Source: Bdellovibrionales bacterium (GTDB lineage Bacteria > Bdellovibrionota > UBA1018 > CAIMNF01). From it: a stretch of DNA of 64,000 nt. Below are positions 1-8,089 of the stretch, piece by piece. The DNA lies in the NCBI GenBank assembly GCA_040380025.1, contig JBEIJY010000004.1, positions 45,851 to 109,850 on the forward strand, given 5' to 3'. The position numbers and the translations under genes are program-made. Every line of letters starts with the position of its first letter. The first letter of the stretch is position 1. The notes below the pieces were generated by a model. It had not been told where the DNA came from and did not search any database. It saw only the letters and a list, made by a program, of their open reading frames with translations.

Positions 1-133
1 AAATGGGCAAAAGAGTGAGCGCATACACCAGGCTTTTGTGGCGACGGAGCATGCGTTCGTAGACTCCGACGAGACCCTTCTGGCCCTCTTCTTTGATGTC
101 GAACTTCCAAGGCTCGGGCTTCTTCTGGTCCAT
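1..133 (-). CDS. 5' part of a gene running off the left edge (MDQKKPEPWKFDIKEEGQKGLVGVYERMLRRHKSLVYALTLLPI...), probably a membrane protein
   Basis: Manual translation: ATG at 133, open to the edge; TATCCT 6 nt upstream. Confidence 0.6.
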   Translation of the reverse strand, partial: MDQKKPEPWKFDIKEEGQKGLVGVYERMLRRHKSLVYALTLLPI

Positions 134-248
134 TTCTTAAGGATACTGGGTTCATGGGAGCGGGTCAAACGACGAGCACCCGGAGTGCCGATTCGGGTTG
201 CCTACTGACTGTTCTCGACTCTAAACTGGACACAAGAGGCTTCGTTTC

Positions 249-1535
249 ATGTCTGATCCGCATTTTCGTGTGACTCGACGAATTCAGGAAATTCACTCCG
301 TGCTCGCCTCGGTGGAGCCCTACTCCGAGCTCGTTCTTTGGATCAACCCGAAGGACACCCGCGTGGTGTTTCGCGCCAATGTGATCCAGATCGATGAACT
401 GCGCGAGCTCGTGGTGCTGAACCTGAAGGATGCGCCCGCCGGGCTTGCGGCGGAACGGAATGTGTATCTGAAATTCGCCGCCACCTCGGGCGTGAGCAAG
501 TGCCGGGTGATCTCGGTGCAGGGATCGTTGCTGACCCTGAAGCTCTCGGACGAGATGATCGTGATCGAACGCCGGCGGAACCGGCGCATCCAGTTTCGAA
601 AAGACGATGCGAAGAAGCTTGTCCTTCGGGCCAATTCGGGAGACATCGAATTCACCGTCCTGAATGCCTCCGAACGGGGGTTTCGGCTTAGGGCGAGCCC
701 GGCACAGGTCATCGAGGCGCGGGATGCGAGGCCCCTGCGCATGGTTTCGCTCGGCCCGTCACCGATCGGCATGGATTGCCGCCTCGTCTGGAACGATGCC
801 GACACCCTTGCCATTGAGCTCTCGCGGGAGCTGACGCGCGAGGAATTCGAGTTCTTCATCGAGAATCCGCGCCGTGCAGGAGTCGAGCCCGAGAAGTTCT
901 TTAGTGACCAAGAGTACTTCGAGACCGTCCGGAGCAACATGGACGACCTGATCCGGAAACTCGAGAAGCGTCCGAAGCTCGCGACTGCCATGAAGACCCT
1001 GCAAGTCGACCGCGAGGGGAATTACATCAAGACCCATGTCGATCTTCTTTGCTATGTCTCGTGCTCGATCGGGCGGATGCTCGGGTGGGTCACCCAAAAA
1101 ACAATCGACAAGCTGATTCTTGCGGCCTATCTGCATGACATCCGGTACTTCGAGAACCATAAACTCGCACGCATCCGCTCGCTTGCCGAATTCGAAGAGA
1201 AAAAATCTACCCTCACTGAAGAAGAGCAAAAGATCTTCCTCGAGGGCCCCTCTTACAGCGCTCGCATGGCACGGGACGAGGCGACCGACTCGCTCGATGT
1301 CGAGCGGATTCTGATTCAGCAAAAGGAGCGGCCGGACGGCACGGGATTCCCCGAAGGCGTGGACTTCAAACAGCTCTTCCCCCTCTCCTGCCTGTTCATG
1401 GTGAGCCACGAGTTCGTGGACTATGTGTATTCGACCCCGAACTGGAGTTTTCGGGATTTCACAGTAAAAGCCCGCACCGTTTACAAGGGGCCGTACTTCA
1501 TCAAGATTCTCGAAGTCTTTGACCAATTGAGCTGA
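249..1535 (+). CDS. PilZ-like plus degenerate HD-GYP domain protein
   Basis: RRRNRR (RxxxR) and NASERG (NxSxxG) PilZ motifs; AAYLHDI and QQKERPDGTGFPEG HD-GYP-like motifs. Confidence 0.7.
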   Translation: MSDPHFRVTRRIQEIHSVLASVEPYSELVLWINPKDTRVVFRANVIQIDELRELVVLNLKDAPAGLAAERNVYLKFAATSGVSKCRVISVQGSLLTLKLSDEMIVIERRRNRRIQFRKDDAKKLVLRANSGDIEFTVLNASERGFRLRASPAQVIEARDARPLRMVSLGPSPIGMDCRLVWNDADTLAIELSRELTREEFEFFIENPRRAGVEPEKFFSDQEYFETVRSNMDDLIRKLEKRPKLATAMKTLQVDREGNYIKTHVDLLCYVSCSIGRMLGWVTQKTIDKLILAAYLHDIRYFENHKLARIRSLAEFEEKKSTLTEEEQKIFLEGPSYSARMARDEATDSLDVERILIQQKERPDGTGFPEGVDFKQLFPLSCLFMVSHEFVDYVYSTPNWSFRDFTVKARTVYKGPYFIKILEVFDQLS

Positions 1536-1554
1536 TCGGGACTACCTTGAGGGC

Positions 1555-2280
1555 ATGGAAACCGCGCTCCGTTACCGCAAAGGACTGATCCTGATTCCCA
1601 CCCCGATCGCAGAGGACCTGCCCTTGGAGCCGGTGGCGCTCGCCCTTTTACAAGAGGTCGCGACCGATCCCATGGCGCTCATTCTGGTCGAAGAGCGGAA
1701 GGTCGCGCGCACCCGCTGGCTTCGCTGGGGACTGCCGCGCGAGTCGATTGCATCGTTTGTGGAGTTCAATGAGCACACGGCAGAAGAGTCGAACGAAGTG
1801 GTGCTTTCGGCCCTTCGTTCCGGAAAGCGCGCGGTGCTCATGAGTGACGGAGGACTTCCGGCATTTTGCGACCCGGGAACCGGGCTCGTGGGCCTATGCC
1901 ATGAGCGGGGAATCCCTGTGACGGCGACGCCCTTTTCGAATTCGATCGGACTCGCCCTTGCTCTCTCGGGATTCGACCACCGGGAGTTTCATTTTTCGGG
2001 GTTTTTGCCGGCCGAAGCGGGCGCAAGAAAAGAGGCGCTGAATGCGATCGCAAGAACGCTCCGGTGCACGGTGATCCTGATGGACACGCCCTACCGGCTT
2101 CAGGCGCTATTGAAGGACCTCTCGGCCTCTCCGCTGAAATCCCGCCGTGTGTTCCTCGCCACTTCGTTGAACACCCCCGAAGAGGCGCTGTTTCGCGGAA
2201 GCATCGCGCAGGTGCTAGGGCAGCTCGGAGACCGAAACAAGCTCGAGTTCATTTTGATTGTGTCAAACGGCGGCTCTTGA
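1555..2280 (+). CDS. rsmI: RsmI-like tetrapyrrole-methylase-family SAM methyltransferase
   Basis: LILIPTPI, LMSDGGLPAFCDPG, LALSGF..FHFSGFLP, MDTPYRL motifs. Confidence 0.75.
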   Translation: METALRYRKGLILIPTPIAEDLPLEPVALALLQEVATDPMALILVEERKVARTRWLRWGLPRESIASFVEFNEHTAEESNEVVLSALRSGKRAVLMSDGGLPAFCDPGTGLVGLCHERGIPVTATPFSNSIGLALALSGFDHREFHFSGFLPAEAGARKEALNAIARTLRCTVILMDTPYRLQALLKDLSASPLKSRRVFLATSLNTPEEALFRGSIAQVLGQLGDRNKLEFILIVSNGGS

Positions 2281-2285
2281 TGCCC

Positions 2286-4283
2286 TCATCGAAACTGCGG
2301 ATGCCGCCGTACGCGTTCTTCGAAGTGCTCGCGATCGGCACTGTCGAGCCCCGTGGGAGCCTTCGCCCCGCTCCGCTCCCAGCGCGCAAGCCACTCCGCT
2401 CCGAGCAGGCTTTTTTGATGGTGCGGATCGGGCTCCTTGCGAAATGCCACGGTCGTTTCGGACTTCGGCCCCGTTGCGGCTCCCGCTCCGACATAAAAGC
2501 CTTCTGAGAGCAAAATCGCCCGCACCAGGGTCGAAACCGAATAGGTCATGAGCATGGCGGGCTTTTGGTCGAGCGCGCGATACAGCATGGCGAATGCCTC
2601 GCGGGTCCATAAGGGGGAATCCACCTTGGTCGAGAATGGATCATAAAAAATGAGATCTGGTTTTTCGGCGTCACGATGGCACTCCAAAAAATCGCCCTCG
2701 AACAGCCGCCATGACAGACCCCCGGCAGGGCTCTGCCATGATCCTGATTCCAGAAGCGCATGAGGTGCCGCATGACGAAGGTGTCGAAACCCGTGCGTGT
2801 GCCGGAGCGCAAGACGGAGCGGATCGAGATCGATCTCGAAGCTCTCGATTCGGATCTTTTTCGGGGCCGCGAGGCCAGCGAACTCTTGGACGACCGCCAT
2901 CGCATTCGAAGCGGCCCCGAGCCCCACATCCCAGATCACGACTTCGTCCTGCCCGCGCAGTCGCTCGTCGATTCGCGATGGAGCCAGATACACATTCCGC
3001 GCCTCTTCTTCGGGCGGATTCACCGAGTGCATGATCTCGCCCGAGCTCACTTGCTTGATGCTGAAGAAGCCCTTGCCGGAGTCATGGACCTCGTAATCCC
3101 CGAGGCGCCGGCGTTTTTCGGAGCGCTTCGGTTTTTCGGGAATAAAGGGCGTCGAAGGATTCTCTTCGTCGCTTCGCACGAGTTCCTCACGCTTTTTTTC
3201 GTAATAGCCCAAAAACCGGTCTTCCAGGATGCTCTCGCGGATCTCGCGCATGAGTCCGTGATAAAAATGCAAATTGTGGCGGGCGATGAGATGCCAGCCC
3301 AGAACCTCGTCCGATTTGACCAGATGATGAAGATACGCACGGGAGTAATGCGCGCAGGTATCGCAGGGGCATTTTGAATCGAGTGCGATGTCGGCGAACT
3401 TGTAGACACTCCGTCGCAGCTGGAACTTTCCGGCCGAGGTGAAGGCCACGCCTCGTTGTGCGAGCTGGGAGGGAAGAATGCAGTCGAACATGTCGACTCC
3501 GCGATGGACGGCTTCGAGAATGTCGATCGGCGTTCCGACTCCCATCAGGTAGCGGGGCAGATGCGACGGAAGCATGGCGGCGGCGATCCCGGTGAATCGC
3601 TCGCGCTCCTCTTTTGGTTCGCCGACGGCAAGGCCGCCGATCGCGAACCCGTCAAAGGGAAGCCCGGTCAAAAAGCGCGCGCTTTCCTCGCGGAGCTTCG
3701 GAAAGCATGCTCCCTGCACGATCGCGAACATCGACTGCGGCGAATCCCCGCGCGCCTGCAGGCTCCGGATCGCCCAGCGATGCGTGAGTTCCATCGCGGC
3801 GCGGGCCTCGTCAATTCCTGCGGTCGAGGGAATGCACTGATCGAGCACCATCATGATGTCGCTTCCGATCGCTTTTTGGGTCTCGATGCTGAGCTCGGGC
3901 GAGAGAAGAATCATGCGCCCGTCGACATAGCTCTGAAACAAGGCCCCCTCTTCGTTCATCCGCCGCGAGTGCGGGAGCGAGAAAATCTGGAACCCTCCCG
4001 AGTCAGTCAGCACGGGCTGATCCCACTTCATGAAGGAATGGATCCCGCCGAATTTGCGAAACACCTCGGGGCCGGGCCTGAGGAGCAAATGGTAGGTGTT
4101 CGCCAAGAGCACCGAGGAGCCGGACTCCTTCAGGGTCTCGACTGTCTGGCTCTTCACGGTGGCTTGGGTTCCGACGGGCATGAAGACCGGGGTTTTTACT
4201 GTGCCATGAAGCGCGGTGAATGACCCCGCGCGGGCGTGCGAGCCGGTGGCGGTTTTTTCGAGCCTGAAATCAAGTCTGGACAT
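2286..4283 (-). CDS. tgt: tRNA-guanine(34) transglycosylase fused to C-terminal MnmC/MnmD-type methyltransferase domain
   Basis: TPVFMPVGT, DSGGFQ, GGLAVGE, DMFDC and CPCDTC zinc motif; C-terminal GEIMHS, WDVGLGAASN, FYDPFS, LWT and TYS motifs. Confidence 0.9.
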   Translation of the reverse strand: MSRLDFRLEKTATGSHARAGSFTALHGTVKTPVFMPVGTQATVKSQTVETLKESGSSVLLANTYHLLLRPGPEVFRKFGGIHSFMKWDQPVLTDSGGFQIFSLPHSRRMNEEGALFQSYVDGRMILLSPELSIETQKAIGSDIMMVLDQCIPSTAGIDEARAAMELTHRWAIRSLQARGDSPQSMFAIVQGACFPKLREESARFLTGLPFDGFAIGGLAVGEPKEERERFTGIAAAMLPSHLPRYLMGVGTPIDILEAVHRGVDMFDCILPSQLAQRGVAFTSAGKFQLRRSVYKFADIALDSKCPCDTCAHYSRAYLHHLVKSDEVLGWHLIARHNLHFYHGLMREIRESILEDRFLGYYEKKREELVRSDEENPSTPFIPEKPKRSEKRRRLGDYEVHDSGKGFFSIKQVSSGEIMHSVNPPEEEARNVYLAPSRIDERLRGQDEVVIWDVGLGAASNAMAVVQEFAGLAAPKKIRIESFEIDLDPLRLALRHTHGFRHLRHAAPHALLESGSWQSPAGGLSWRLFEGDFLECHRDAEKPDLIFYDPFSTKVDSPLWTREAFAMLYRALDQKPAMLMTYSVSTLVRAILLSEGFYVGAGAATGPKSETTVAFRKEPDPHHQKSLLGAEWLARWERSGAKAPTGLDSADREHFEERVRRHPQFR

Positions 4284-4355
4284 CGGCAGTACCTTACCCG
4301 AAAACCCGCGCCTGCGAAATCGAGAACGAGAGACGAAGTGCCCATCTGAGCCGAT

Positions 4356-5555
4356 TTAGTGGGGCTTTTCGAGACGGGTCAGATCGAGCTTCCAGAGCGC
4401 GGGAACACGAAAAACCGTGATCAGAACCGTAAGGAGCGTCATGGTGCCGCCAAAGACGACCGAGGGAACGGTGCCCAGGAGCCGCGCGGCGGCGCCGGAT
4501 TCGAACGCCCCGATTTCGTTCGAAGAACCGATGAAAATCGACGAAACCGACCCGATCCGGCCCCGCATGTTCTCGGGCGAGGATAGCTGGAGAATCGCAC
4601 CCCGCACGACCATGCTGACCGCGTCGAGCGCGCCGCTGACGGCAAGCGCCGCCCACGAAAGCGCATACGTGCGCGAGAGCCCGAACACGAGAATGCTGAT
4701 CCCGAACCCGAAAACAGAGCCAACAAGGGCTTTTCCCGCATTCTTCGCGACCGGATTCCGGATCAAAAAAAACCCCATGATCATGGCGCCGATCGCCGGC
4801 GCGGCCCTGAGCCAGCCAAGTCCGGTCGGACCGACGAACAGCACTTCTGCCGCGAATACCGGAAGAATCGCGGTGACGCCGCCAAAGAGCACCGCGAACA
4901 TGTCGAGGCTCATGGACGAGAGCAAAAGCGGACTCCGGAACACATAGCGAAGCCCCGAGAGGACCTCGTTCAGGAATCGCGGCCGCTCCCCCGAATGGTG
5001 CCGTACGGGAACATGCGCATAGCGAACGCGCATCAAAAGGATCGAAGCAAGAATGAGCCCCGAAACCGAGAGCAGATACGGATACCGATACCCGTGAATC
5101 CCGAGCAGAATCCCCGCAAGTCCGGGCCCCACCACTCCTGCGAACTGGAACGAGAGCGCCGTATAGGCCGACATGCGCTTGATCTCTTCGCGCGAGACCA
5201 GCCTTGGAATGATCGCCCCCATCGAGGGGCCCGAAAAGCTCCGCGCGATTCCTGTCAAAAGCGCCGCCGCGAACAGCTCACGCGGCGTCGTCGCGTGCCA
5301 CGAGATCAGCACCGAGAGGAAGCTCACGCCCACCACCGAGCGGTACAAATACAGGGGATTCAGCCGATCGACGAGGTAGCCCGAAAACAGGGCCAAAGAG
5401 AGGGCCGGAATCGCCTCGGTGAGCCCGATCAGACCGAGCTTGAGCGGATCGCGGGTCAGCTCGTACATTTGCCAGCCCATCAGCACCGCCTGGGACTGAA
5501 CGGCAAGAGAGAACAGAAATCGCGCGCCCGTGGCTTTGAAAAATTCAGGATTCAT
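4356..5555 (-). CDS. MFS transporter (H+ antiporter/EntS-like)
   Basis: About 12 hydrophobic segments; GYLVDR, LDMFAVLFGG, PENMRGRI motifs. Confidence 0.85.
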   Translation of the reverse strand: MNPEFFKATGARFLFSLAVQSQAVLMGWQMYELTRDPLKLGLIGLTEAIPALSLALFSGYLVDRLNPLYLYRSVVGVSFLSVLISWHATTPRELFAAALLTGIARSFSGPSMGAIIPRLVSREEIKRMSAYTALSFQFAGVVGPGLAGILLGIHGYRYPYLLSVSGLILASILLMRVRYAHVPVRHHSGERPRFLNEVLSGLRYVFRSPLLLSSMSLDMFAVLFGGVTAILPVFAAEVLFVGPTGLGWLRAAPAIGAMIMGFFLIRNPVAKNAGKALVGSVFGFGISILVFGLSRTYALSWAALAVSGALDAVSMVVRGAILQLSSPENMRGRIGSVSSIFIGSSNEIGAFESGAAARLLGTVPSVVFGGTMTLLTVLITVFRVPALWKLDLTRLEKPH

Positions 5556-5668
5556 GAAGAGGCTTCAAAATGCCACGGTTTCGCCCGCCCGGCAATCACC
5601 CGGCAAATTCTGCCCGTTCAGCTCTGCGTGAGGTCTTCCGAGAGGAAGGCAGAGAAAGGATTCTCCCC

Positions 5669-6430
5669 ATGCGATTCAATCGAGTCATGCTCTTTGCCGT
5701 GGTCCCGATCTTTCTTGCCCTGGTTCCGGCGTGCCGGTTCGGGAACTACTCCGAACCCCCGAAAAGCATCAAAAACTTCAAAAAAGTGGAGCTCTTCCGG
5801 ACCCGTCCGTCGAAATTCGAGACCATCGCCATCTACAACGACAACCAATACGGTCACAACGACAACGTGCCCCTTTCGGCGATTCCCGCCTCGATTCTCG
5901 ACAACTTCACCAACCCGGTTTTTCTGGCCGAACCGGTGGCCACGCCGGGAATCCAGCTCTTCATCGGCCTGGGCCAGAGCCACTGCATGGCGGACCCCGC
6001 GAATTCCTCGTGCATCGGCACGATCATCGATCCCGACGACTCGATCACGGTCAGCACCTCTTCTGCCTACTCCCAGTTCGGATCCGACCCGGCCTGCACG
6101 ATGAACCTCGAAATGCAGCAGATCGGCAACCTCGACCGGCGGCAACCGGGCACGATCACCTACTCGGACGGCTCGACCGGAACAGTGGCCGGCACACTGA
6201 ATCTTGAGTTCCGCCTGATCCGGAATTTTGAAGGGGACTGCTCGAGAATTCTCCGGATTCTTGCCGATTGCTACACCTCGGGGGCGGGATGCTCGACCGA
6301 CGAGCTGTACTGGGCGAACCAGCTCTTTGACCTGTATGTGCGGCAATCGGGCGCCCTGAAGCTCGAATACGCCGAAAAAATCAAAACTCTGGCCTACATT
6401 GCCTATTTTGATTACAGTACGAATCCATGA
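5669..6430 (+). CDS. Hypothetical Cys-containing lipoprotein
   Basis: Signal peptide with lipobox-like LVPA-C; AGGA upstream of ATG 5669; ATGA overlap with rdgB. Confidence 0.65.
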   Translation: MRFNRVMLFAVVPIFLALVPACRFGNYSEPPKSIKNFKKVELFRTRPSKFETIAIYNDNQYGHNDNVPLSAIPASILDNFTNPVFLAEPVATPGIQLFIGLGQSHCMADPANSSCIGTIIDPDDSITVSTSSAYSQFGSDPACTMNLEMQQIGNLDRRQPGTITYSDGSTGTVAGTLNLEFRLIRNFEGDCSRILRILADCYTSGAGCSTDELYWANQLFDLYVRQSGALKLEYAEKIKTLAYIAYFDYSTNP

Positions 6431-7065
6431 GATCCGCAAACATCGTGGTTTTGGCTTCTACCAACCGTCACAAGTTCGAGGAATTCAAAGAACTGTTCGC
6501 GTCCTGGCCCGAGGTCTCGATCCGCCCGGCACAAGAGCATGTTCGAAACGCCGACAAGCTCTCGCTCGTCGAGACCTTTGACCAGTATCGCGACAACGCC
6601 GTCGCCAAAGCGCGGGCGTGCAACCATGGTTGCCACTACCCCTCGCTTGCCGATGATTCCGGCCTTGAAGTCGATGCCCTGGGCGGCGCGCCGGGCGCGC
6701 GCTCGCACCGGTTTGCGATTCCGAGGGCGGGAGAGCCCCAAGACACGGCGAACATCAAGAAGCTTCTCGAAGCCCTGAAGGGCGTTCCGGCCGAAAAGCG
6801 CGGCGCGCGCTTTGTGTGCCACCTTGCACTCGTGATGGAAGGAAAGCTCGTCGAAGTCCAGGGCGTGCTCGAGGGCTCGATTGCAAGCGAAGCATCGGGG
6901 AACGGCGGATTCGGGTATGATCCGGTGTTCATCCCGAAGGGCGAGACCCGGACCCTCGCCGAGCTCGGACCGGCGGTGAAGAACAAGATCTCGCACCGTG
7001 CGCTCGCGGTGCTCCGGCTGATGGACGAGATCCGGGCGCGCGAGATCGTGCTGGCGAAGCCGTAG
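6427..7065 (+). CDS. rdgB: Non-canonical purine NTP pyrophosphatase (Ham1/RdgB)
   Basis: LASTNRHK, ADDSGLEVDALGGAPG, GFGYDPVF, KNKISHR. Confidence 0.95.
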   Translation: MRSANIVVLASTNRHKFEEFKELFASWPEVSIRPAQEHVRNADKLSLVETFDQYRDNAVAKARACNHGCHYPSLADDSGLEVDALGGAPGARSHRFAIPRAGEPQDTANIKKLLEALKGVPAEKRGARFVCHLALVMEGKLVEVQGVLEGSIASEASGNGGFGYDPVFIPKGETRTLAELGPAVKNKISHRALAVLRLMDEIRAREIVLAKP

Positions 7066-7081
7066 GGCTTTTGATCCCCCC

Positions 7082-7699
7082 TCAATAACTATATCGATAA
7101 TACAGCCACTTCGCGTACTCCATCGCGGTAACCCGGATCGAGTAGGCATCGCTCCGCCAGGAGTTCCGGCCGAAGGGGCCGGCATCGAGCGTCTCGGTTC
7201 TTAAGACCACATGAGGATCAAGCGCACGCCTCAGAATGAACTCGGCCCGCCTCATATGGTAACTTGCGGTGACGAGAAGAACATTCTTCCACCCCTTTTG
7301 GCGCGCAAACGAGGCGAACAACTGGGCGTTCTCGAAGGTGTTCTCGCTCACATTCTCGATCACGAGGTTCGAATCATGAAACAGCCGGATCGCCTCCTCG
7401 GGCACCTGCTGGCTTCGAAGCGCACTCACGCCGGTGTCGGGACCGACCCCCGAAAGAAAGAGCACGGGCTCCCGACCCTCGCCCCGCTGTTCGCGGATGC
7501 GCCTCCAATGCTCGACCGCCAAGGGAATGCGCCCCTTACCGCCGGCTAGAACGACCACCACCTCGATCTCGCGTCCGTCCCGAAAGGGATCGAAACTGTC
7601 GCGGTAATCGTAAATCTCTCCTGCCGCGATCCAGACGAATCCGACCGCGGCAAGAAAGACTCCGGCTACCAACGAAAGGAGCGCGGCGATGAACTTCAT
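7082..7699 (-). CDS. YdcF/DUF218 family protein
   Basis: N-terminal TM; VVLAGG..R, SENTFENA, LVTASYHMRRA. Confidence 0.85.
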   Translation of the reverse strand: MKFIAALLSLVAGVFLAAVGFVWIAAGEIYDYRDSFDPFRDGREIEVVVVLAGGKGRIPLAVEHWRRIREQRGEGREPVLFLSGVGPDTGVSALRSQQVPEEAIRLFHDSNLVIENVSENTFENAQLFASFARQKGWKNVLLVTASYHMRRAEFILRRALDPHVVLRTETLDAGPFGRNSWRSDAYSIRVTAMEYAKWLYYRYSY

Positions 7700-7703
7700 C
7701 GGA

Positions 7704-8087
7704 TCACTGTTTTACGGCGATCACTTCGATTTCGACGAGCACGTCTTTCGGGAGCCGCGCCACTTCGACTGTCGAACGCGCCGGGAACGGGGGAATGAAG
7801 CTCTCGGCGTAGATCGCATTCACTTTCGGGAAATCCCCCATGTTCTTCAAGAAAATGGTCGTCTTCACGACATTGCCGAAACCCAATCCGGCCTGCTTCA
7901 GCACGGCCGAGATGTTCTTCATGACCTGATGGGTCTGCGCCTCGACATTCCCCTCGCCCACGATGGCTCCGCTTGCGGGATCGGACCCGACTTGTCCCGA
8001 GCAAAACACAAAGTTGCCGACTTCAATCGCTTGGGCATAAGGTCCGATCGGTGCGGGTGCGTTCTGGGTCAGAATTTCTTTTTTCAT
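7704..8087 (-). CDS. ridA: RidA/YjgF family enamine deaminase
   Basis: APAPIGPYAQA, SGQ, PARSTVEVARLP, VEIEVIA. Confidence 0.92.
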   Translation of the reverse strand: MKKEILTQNAPAPIGPYAQAIEVGNFVFCSGQVGSDPASGAIVGEGNVEAQTHQVMKNISAVLKQAGLGFGNVVKTTIFLKNMGDFPKVNAIYAESFIPPFPARSTVEVARLPKDVLVEIEVIAVKQ

Positions 8088-8089
8088 TT

